A stretch of DNA of 59,714 nucleotides, counting the filler, from Catajapyx aquilonaris (Eukaryota): the NCBI GenBank assembly GCA_000934665.2. It is 2 parts of 2 records of this genome, joined end to end, with 100 filler letters (N's around TTAATTAATTAA, not from the genome) between each part and the next. Parts side by side here need not be neighbours in the genome. Positions count along the whole stretch, not along the records: positions 29,823 to 59,714 come from KZ539213.1; 1 more part is not named here. One strand, given 5' to 3'. The position numbers and the translations under genes were made by a program. Below the pieces are notes generated by a model. It made no database searches and was not told where the DNA came from. It worked only from the letters and a program-made list of their open reading frames with translations. Shown here in pieces: positions 51,101 to 59,714 of the stretch (its first letter is position 1; every line of letters begins with the position of its first letter).

Positions 51101-51926
51101 CGTAACTACCCTGTAATTGCCTCTCATTAATAGTAAGTGATCATGCTGCAAAAGAAGTAGGTCGCACATTCCGTTCTTAATTAATCCACTCCAAATTAAA
51201 TGAACTAACCTCTGAACTTCTTAGGTGGTGTTGCAAGATCCCCTGCTGCTGGGCACACCACACATCGGTCGTCAACCAACCTTTAAAGAAAATGGTTCTC
51301 TTGCAGATTGTACACATCATTATTCACAAATACAATGCAGATATTAACGACAATTATTTACGTCTAGCAAGAACCTCCAATAATAAGTCACTCTTCTACA
51401 GTAACTCGAAAAATCACTCATGTGCCAAAATTTCAAAAAGTGTAACTATGAAAAACCACACTTAAGACGAAGTCATAATTTTACAAAAATCTGAAATGCA
51501 GAACAATTTCATGACAGTTTGAAGCCTGAAGACTAATCTTTTACGGTATCCATTTTACAATTGAACCCTTTTCTAAGGAAGTGTAGTCACTCTAACAGAA
51601 AAGTAACTTAACCATTAGAAATTATATGGGCAATTCAAATGAAAGCAAGTCAAGGCAATTACGTCTTAAAATATTATCTGCACATCAGTAAATAGTTATC
51701 ATATTGTAATGTAGTGCTCAGCGATTGACAAACGCAAGTTTTCTTTCATTGAACATTGTACAATTTTACGCTTTTCAAATATTTTTGATCCACAGTAACA
51801 AGTTGGCTGAATCTGAGGACAGAATCTTAGAATATGGAGGAGGGTCCACTGCATTTTTATTATTTTATTTATTTATTAATTACATATCCCATTACAGGGG
51901 CCTAGGGCCTCACATTATTATTATCA

Positions 51927-51966
<40 letters not shown>

Positions 51967-52358
51967 ACCTGCATGTGGACTGATCATTTCTGTCATTTAT
52001 TATCAACTCACCACAATGACAACTTGTGATGTCCGCACAAACCCCTTAGAATAGCAGCATATTATCTGCTTTAAAAACCTCTTCCTGCCAACGTTCTAAA
52101 TTCAGTCCGGGTTGAAACTGTGGTTCAGCACACATAACTTTGTGTGATAATTACAATGTCAACGATTGTAAAATGTTACAAGTGAACCTGGCTAGGGTTC
52201 CATGCAAGTTCCGATCCACATGAAGTGCGTATGTGTTCCCCTTGCGACATGTGTTCTTACCCAAGAGTGCTGAGGAAGCCATTGATCCCACCTTCTGCGA
52301 AGAGCGACACGATGTCGCCCAGGTGCAGGAAGCTGGCTGACCCTATGGTCTCACCCAT
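36149..52358 (-). CDS. Itpr: Inositol 1,4,5-trisphosphate receptor, full length, about 37 coding exons
   Basis: First coding exon 52358-52261 ([23 protein letters not shown]), then 51280-51210 ([14 protein letters not shown]), 50773-50655, and a large exon 50489-49390 (MIR/IP3-binding core). Later exons encode [30 protein letters not shown], the transmembrane region with pore [23 protein letters not shown], and the last exon 36235-36149 ([17 protein letters not shown]). Confidence 0.97.
51914..51965. repeat. (ATT/ATC)n microsatellite in an Itpr intron
   Basis: ATT run; it explains the poly-Ile ORF 51725-52054. Confidence 0.9.
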
Positions 52359-52670
52359 CTCTTCAGACCTTCAGCTAGCTACGTATGCATCCAGCCTGCA
52401 AAAAAGGAGAGCTGATGACAATAAGACCCACACAGCTGATTACAACACTTGCCATTTTACCAAAACAGTAAAGTCAGGATTCCAAATGGGAGGCAGGGAA
52501 GGGTGGGAAGGGGAGAGGGGAGGGGGGGGGGAGGGAGGGAGCTACAAAAAGCAGTGTTGCTAACTTGACCAGATGCGATTCAAGGTTCCGAGAGATTGAT
52601 CTGGGAGGACAGATTCCTGCGCTACTCAGTCGAAATGGAAGGTCAATGATGAGCATCGATTTTGCCTTAC

Positions 52671-52810
52671 CGAGAATGATTGACTGACTTCTTCTTTTTG
52701 GACCGGAGACGAATCTTGACTGCCGATTTTTTTATTTTTTATTTTGGAACGGACTGGATGCTTGCAAATGTGGCCGCTACTTGCGGAGTGGCGCTGTTAC
52801 ACGCTCGATT
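52671..52810 (-). other. Probable non-coding first exon/promoter region of Itpr
   Basis: The ATG exon is preceded by an acceptor (ttttttgcag, exon start 52395). A donor CG|gtaagg follows 52671 on the minus strand, and the GC-richer stretch ends near 52850. The 5' boundary is approximate. Confidence 0.45.
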
Positions 52811-53024
52811 TCGGCGGGCTGTTTGAAGCTATTTAAGGTGCAAGCCTAATCTAAGCGATGTAACACACTCTGTATGGCTGATTTAATCAAGTCATATTAT
52901 TTATGACTATGCATTGTTGAACACTTATGCATAAAAGAGCCATCTGGCTCAACATGGGGTATTAATATATTATTTACTTATTAGTCACTGTAAATAAATA
53001 AATTATGCACATAAATAAATTCTG

Positions 53025-53152
53025 TAAATAAATTACTATTTTATATAAAGATTTTAAATAAATTACTATTTTATATAAACATTTTAAATAAATTACTATT
53101 TCAAATAAACATTTTAAATAAATTGCTATTTTAAATAAACATTTTAAATAAA
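53025..53152. repeat. 30-bp AT-rich tandem repeat, about 4 copies
   Basis: taaataaattactattttatataaacattt with period 30. Confidence 0.85.
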
Positions 53153-56100
53153 ATAATTATTGTATATAAAAACAAATACTAAAAAATAAACAAAGATTGT
53201 AAAAAGTAAACAAATATTGCTAATTAATTAATACTCGTGCATAATTGGATAATTGCAATAATTTGCATTTATACAACTGGCATTACTATGAATTTGTTGT
53301 GCAAAAATAGGCATATTACCAGATACAAAGATAATTATGTGCAGTTTCGACATGGATTCATTTTTTCGTTAATTTGAACTTATTTTGTATTACGTCACAC
53401 ATCATAATAAACAGTCACTTAATGCCTTCAACTGCTGATTACTATAATTACTGTGTCAAACTGGCAATATTAATGCAAATTAATACGAACCGTCCTATGA
53501 GCTGATCTCCACCAGCGGCCTCCAATTTGCACAATATTTTTTCAAGGGTACGGGCCTTATCTAATCACTGGATTACAATAGTGAAACCGACCTAAAAATA
53601 TTTGCGCTGTGCTCGATTCCAGAGCAGTGAAAGGCAGCATATTGTAGCTGTAAAAATGTACCTATTTCAGGCTTCATTTATTACGCACTCTGAATTATTG
53701 ATTTCACACATTATTTAATTACATAATTATTTTCTCAGCTATCGTAACTTTACAACCCGCTGCTGTCTCACACCTTTCTAGTTTTTCTGCGAAGGATCCT
53801 TGCACTCACGATGTATGCGAAAAATTGGCCCATATATTTTGCCTTATGTAACTTGAGTGTCACACTAGTTACATCAAGCCCACTTGCATGGAGAAACCTA
53901 ATTATTCACGCATCTACAGATTGCGTCCCATTTGTAATTGGATATATAACAAGCATGGTAAATTCTGCAACATTGTCCTAGTACTGTATATGCTAAGAAA
54001 GATATTAGAGTTTGTGCTAAAGATCTGATGATGCTGATATTGGATATGACACATTTCGCTATAGGGAACTCCTATAATTAAGGTGCATTGAGTGTAATCT
54101 TATCCTGATCATTAGCAATGGATGGTTCAAAGTCGGCGAGCTTCAAAAAGGAAGGTAAACATGTTTAAAAATGTACAGGGTGTGCTCAAACACTGACTAT
54201 AAAGCTGGCAAAACCGCATTTTGCAATATGTCAATAACACATGCGTAGAGTACATATGCCTGTGGCGGTGCAGATTTATTTTCCTTTGATGCCATTTTGT
54301 TAATAAATAATTCAGAATTTCCCAATAATTTATTCCGAGACTGTTGTTCATACTCTGCTGCCTCCATGTAGAAGTTGCAAAACTGTTTGAAGGTATAGAA
54401 AAAAGGCCTTAACTACATTTTAGACTGCGGCATGAAGTTACGGTTTGTTAATTTTCCTTATTATTTCGCATTGAGGATATTCTAGCGTAGGGTTTCCTTA
54501 ATATTCTCAGAAGCAAAGTAACGTAATGATATTCCCAAGTTATCAAACTCGAGAACCGCAGTTGAAGGAAAATTAGCCTAATTCAATAGAATCTTTCGTG
54601 CCGCTATAGTCTAGCTCATTTGCATTGCATCCACCGCGCATTGAAATTTTTTGCGACAAGACATGATTTCGCAAGAAAAAAATCATGGTTCATATTCAAG
54701 GCAAACATGTGGAATAATATTTGCAATAACTTACTGTATTGATATTCAATTGAATACAACGACATTATTTTATTGTCTGAATCTTGCATGTTTTTTAACA
54801 AAATTGAACAAAATGCTTTTGAAGTATTACGGTATTTTTAAAAAAGTAAGAGCTTCAATTTTTTCATAGTGTATACATATAATTTTATGCGTAAATGTTT
54901 ATAGTAAATAGGCTACAGCAAATTGTGAAATATCTCCAATATTATGATGTATATAGGCCTAATGTTCAACACTTGGCTCAACATTTTCCTTTTCATATGT
55001 TTTGATGCGAACTGGGTCTAAATTCCGGATATTTCACTTCTTGCAGGCTATATAAAAAAATTCGCCTATAAACATGAACCTTGACCAGATTATTGACACT
55101 TTGAGAGTACGAGCCGGGTCAACTCCATAAATCCAATTTTGAAACATCGCCTTCCTTCCATTAGACATATAATTCAAGTTTCGGCATAGAAAGGAGCCAA
55201 TATCTCATTGTCAAAAAAGGTGTGAGCTAGCAATAATTTCTCATCTCCCCCATTTCGATTCGGCCTACTTTTTTTCGCCAACACCTCACAAAAAAAAACC
55301 TCTCTCCAATCCGCACTGTCATCTCCTTTCACCCGCAGTGAATGTGAGTGAGTGTGTGTGTGTGGGTCGAAGCGATACATGCCTATAAATTCATATATCC
55401 CTGAGCCTCGATTACAGCTATCATGTTGCCAGCACTCCCCGGAAATCATCCCCAACTGAGCAATTGTGCGCCATATGCTACATATACCTGTTATTTAAAA
55501 TAAAATGTTGTGAAATATTTACCTGATATATTTTCAAGTACATCCAATCTGGTCTGAAGCTGTTGCAAAACTGTTGGCTTATATCTTTGGTGGGTCCCCC
55601 ACTATATCCGAGAGACCCCGCCTCAACACTTCTCACTATTTGCTGCACGATTAAAGCGCCCTTTTGTTACGCAAGGTTGGGGAGGGGGGGGGGGGGGGGN
55701 GATCGATGTTAGAGCTTTTGTGCTGCTTTCTTTTTTGAGAGGTTATATATCTAGGGGGGACCTGTTGTAAAAAGGTGCTTGCACTCCCTCCAGCCCACCA
55801 CTATTGTGTCTCGTTGATTGAATCTGGTGAGCAATCGCGCATTTCTGGGAAGTTCAAGTGCTGGTAAACAGGGGTCGCTTGCGGTTAGTTTCAGGAAATT
55901 TCAATAGGATGTACTACAACTTCCTTGAGGGTTATACTAATAATAATAGTGAGCTAGTTGTACAGACACCATTTAAACAAAATTCCAGCTGAAAAAAATA
56001 GCCAGAATTGTTTGTTGCTCATTGTTGGCAGCATTATTGTTAATAGCAAATAATTTTAATAAATCTAAATACCGGTATAATAAATATGACAACATATTAT

Positions 56101-57042
56101 GTGATATTATGCATTACACTTTCCAGTTGTACAAACTCCAGGGGGAAAAAATCCAGCTGGAAAAGAAGCAGAAATGTTTGTTGCTCATTGTTTACAGAAT
56201 TATGCACCATTGCTAATGAGTAATGACAAATAATTGTAATAAATCTAAATAGAATGAATATAATAACATTTTTTGAGGGTTCTTTTTCAACTGGAAAATA
56301 TTTTTGAGGTAGGGAGTGGTGCAAATTGGACCTTAATGGGGAGAAAATAATTTGCAAATGAATTTTTTTGGAGACAAAGAGTAACTTAATTCCCCCAAAT
56401 ACAAATATATTTAAGCGTTTTTTAAAATTATGTGCATTTGCTTATTGAATTCCTCATTAGTAAGTTTCCGCTGCACTCAGGGGGTCGTCGAAGATCTTGC
56501 AGTCAAAACTTCTTTTCAGCTCACTGCTTGGGGAATAACCCGACAAAAACTGCGCCAACGTGAAGTTCATTCATGAGAATATGCTAGCTCATCCATTCAG
56601 TGAAGCTGACCTATTTCGATACTCGGTGGCCCGAATATACGTGAAACCATTCTAGCTGGCCTCCAAACCGACTCAACAAAAATAAACACGGCTCCACCCG
56701 AGACCACCCTTCTGGTTCTTGCTTAATGTTCCGGATTTACACTAACTCTTGGTTAATTTTCGGGGCTCATTGACAGTTTCTTGGCGCCAACTTTCTTTTT
56801 TGACCTATTATTACTCCTGCCCCGAGGGAATTTTTGGTCAACATTCCTTTCGCACTGGGTTAAAACAGGAGCTTTATGCACGTTTTTAGAACCAAGTGTT
56901 TAGAAAGGCTTGTTGTTTATTCTACATTGCCTTCTAAGAAATTAAATGTTGCATTGATCACACCATTACAACAGAAGTATATTTCAGTCTTGTTTGGATG
57001 TTACACACACGTAAACGCAAAAAGGTCTTCAACATGATTCGC

Positions 57043-57048
57043 TTTATT
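57043..57048 (-). terminator. Poly(A) signal of transketolase
   Basis: AATAAA on the minus strand ~125 nt after the stop; a second one lies at 56916-56921. Confidence 0.5.
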
Positions 57049-57173
57049 CAGATGCTCATACAAAAGGCACAGTAATTCGCTTCACCGGGGAAAATATATC
57101 TTGCTATTCTTGGGTTATGGAATGTTGTAATGCAGTCATGTTGCTTGCAGACGAAGCAGCGGATATTATGGTT

Positions 57174-58758
57174 TCAAGGAGCCATTATGTCATGCACTGC
57201 AGACACAATGCTGTTGGCTCCGATGCCAAACATATTGACCAGAGTGTCGGGCGGGCCAGAGCGAGGAACACCATTGACCGCCAGTTTCTTCACAATGATG
57301 CCACGCTCCATAGCAACAGCACTCATCACAGCCTCTCCGATCCCACCTAGGTGTAGAGATATCCTCCTTTTAGTTCCCTGCTCATTGCATTTTTTAAAAA
57401 GTTGTAAATGAAACCTTACCTTCAGGGTAATGGTCCTCAACAGTAACAATTAGTCCTCCACACTCCTTAGCATTCTTGATCACTCCAGCGACATCCAGAG
57501 GCTTGACAGTGAATGGATCCAGGACACGAATGGCAACTCCATTGCCAGCCAGCTGGTCGGCTGCCTTCAGGGCCTCATGGACAGTGATCCCTCCTCCAAT
57601 AACCAGTACCTTGTCCTGAGGACTCTGGCGCACAACCTTAGCCTTCCCAATCTGAAATATTTCATAAATTAAGCACCACATATTTTACTCCAGGTTGCTC
57701 AGGCTTTCGGGCAACTTGCTTACCTCGAAGACTTCATCATTGTCGTACAACACAGCAGTTGCCGGGCGGGAAGTACGGATGAAGCAGATGCCTTTAGTGT
57801 TGGCGGCCATCTCCACCGATCGTTCAGCACTCACAGCATCAGAAGGGTAGAAAACAGTGCTCCCTGCAAAAATTGTGCTTGGTGTAAGTGTACAAAATAC
57901 TTATCACATTTGGTGTCAATTCCTTAACACTAAAGAGTATTCTTATGCCAAAACCTGCTGACTGAAATTGAACAGTCCTTGCTCCATGACAAATAAAAAT
58001 ATTAATTGTAAAACCTCTCCATTTTACATGTTCCGAGGAAATGCACTTAGTATTATTATTATTATTTTTTTTTAATGAGTCAAAACTTTTTATAGCTATT
58101 CATGTACGTACTCTATGTAATGTGCAAAATAATTACCTGGCAAAGAACGGAAGAGAGCCAGATCCTCTAAAGCCATCTGGCTAGGGCCATCCTCACCAAT
58201 GCTGACACCTACATGAGATCCGCAGCAGTTGATGTTGCTTTGCGAGATCACTCCCATACGCAACTGCCAACAACAACAAATTTGCAATGAAACAACGCCT
58301 ACAATCACTTGAATCCTTGAATTTGAAACAATGGCATTGGCACTCCGAATGTCTAATGCTGTCCAACTAACCTGATCAAAAGCCCTCGAGAAGAAGGCAG
58401 CAAAGGTTGAGCAGAAGGCCACGGTCCTGTCCCTGCAGGCAGCCCCAACCGCAACTCCCACCAGATTCTGCTCCGCAATGAAGCACTCGATGTACTGCCC
58501 TGGCCTCACCTTCTTCACCTTCTCCGAGAAAGTGGAGTTCTTGGTGTCCCCGTCAAGGGCAACCACTCGGGGATTAGCCTCGCTCAACTTGGCCAGACCA
58601 GTTCCGTAGGCCAGACGGGTAGCCACGGTCTCGCCCTTCTTGTAAGCAGGTGGAGAGGACATCTTCAGGCCAGTTATGGGTGCCGGAGGCACGCCAGTTG
58701 ATGGTGCAGGAGGAGTGAAGTTCAATGGGTCACCATTCTTCATCAGCTTAGCCAGGTG
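57174..58758 (-). CDS. Tkt: Transketolase (animal TKT/TKTL-type), 3' five exons; 5' part lies outside the window
   Basis: Exons 58758-58372, 58263-58137, 57863-57724, 57651-57420, 57346-57174, phase-consistent GT-AG. Motifs [78 protein letters not shown]. Confidence 0.95.
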
Positions 58759-59714
58759 CTGGAGAGATTCAAGCAATGCATATTGAGTCCTGCATTGAGT
58801 CCTGCACAAAACTAGCCATCAAAGGCTAGCAGCAAGCATCACATATTCGGTGTCTATTACGTGGACCAAAATTAGCAAATCTCTCTCAAAAACTTACAGA
58901 ACGTTAGTGGAATACATTTTATCTAACTGGGGACTTATATCACAGCTAGCAAACCGCAGCAGATTAACCGACAGATAGCAAGGTTGGTGAAACCAGGCAT
59001 CAGAAAAGTACTATCAGAGCCGTATTATACCAGACATTTTCACATGCTTTTCTTATGGGAGAGTGTCCGCAATAACACTGTGCCAAAAGTACATGATCTC
59101 TCCCAGAATTGATTTTTCTGGGTACCGCAATAACTTAGTGAAAGTTGTTCCTAATAATACTACATGAAAAAAAAATTAAACTCAAGCTTTTATTATAGTG
59201 AGAATTTGGACTAGCTGAATGGTCACATAATGTGCTAAGACCAAGCGTAGGACCCTACCTGAATTTTTCTTTGATATTTTACAGTAATGGGCTAATGGCA
59301 GATGAAGTAGTTTCAGTTGCATACTGTTCATTAAAAGTGACATGGACTATAATTGTTGCTTGCATTGAGACTGGTCGTACCCTTCAAATGGGCAATGGAA
59401 AATTTTGAAGGCGCACACGTCAGTTTCATTCATGTTCAGGCTAGTCAACAACACGAATGCTAAACAACATTATGTTGTCCACCATTTTCATAAAACCAAA
59501 TTTAAACCAACATCTTGGAAGGCTTCTGGAAACTTTTCCCAAGCAAGCCAAAATGTTATAACCTCCACACCCCCTTTCGCACACCTAAAAATGTGTCAAA
59601 TAAAAGAGCAATTATTTTTTAAATGTTCAGTACGCATTTTCTGGCCGGCACATTAATGCAGTACGTACAGTACACTACAGGGTGATATACAGTAGTATAT
59701 CACATGGGAGAGGG

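Noticed and set aside
55984..56260. Diverged ~100-bp local duplication (similar case at 29940-30350)
   Set aside because: Ordinary AT-rich degenerate duplications with no further structure.

Overview
Eukaryotic, arthropod-type genomic DNA (short GT-AG introns, insect/crustacean-like protein sequences, TTAGG repeats) with assembly gaps at 17695-17709, 29723-29822 and 30545-30889. The right half holds three clear genes: RRP9/U3-55K (+, 6 exons, 33067-35043), a complete inositol 1,4,5-trisphosphate receptor (-, about 37 coding exons, 52358-36149) convergent with it, and the 3' part of a transketolase (-, 58758-57174). The left ~33 kb has no recognisable conserved protein. It is filled with non-autonomous mobile elements (Helentron/DINE-1-like elements, TA-flanked Tc1/mariner-type MITEs, other fold-back elements, a Helitron-like repeat, a Deu/Nin-like SINE fragment) and tandem arrays. 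It may also host a spliced + strand transcript carrying small ORFs. I see no convincing new biological system. The best leads are the candidate small-ORF transcript, a candidate alternative ITPR C-terminal exon, a GC-AG intron, a four-level nested TE cluster, a TATCGATA-rich array and a nuclear-receptor DR4 cluster upstream of RRP9. Coordinates were read by eye.
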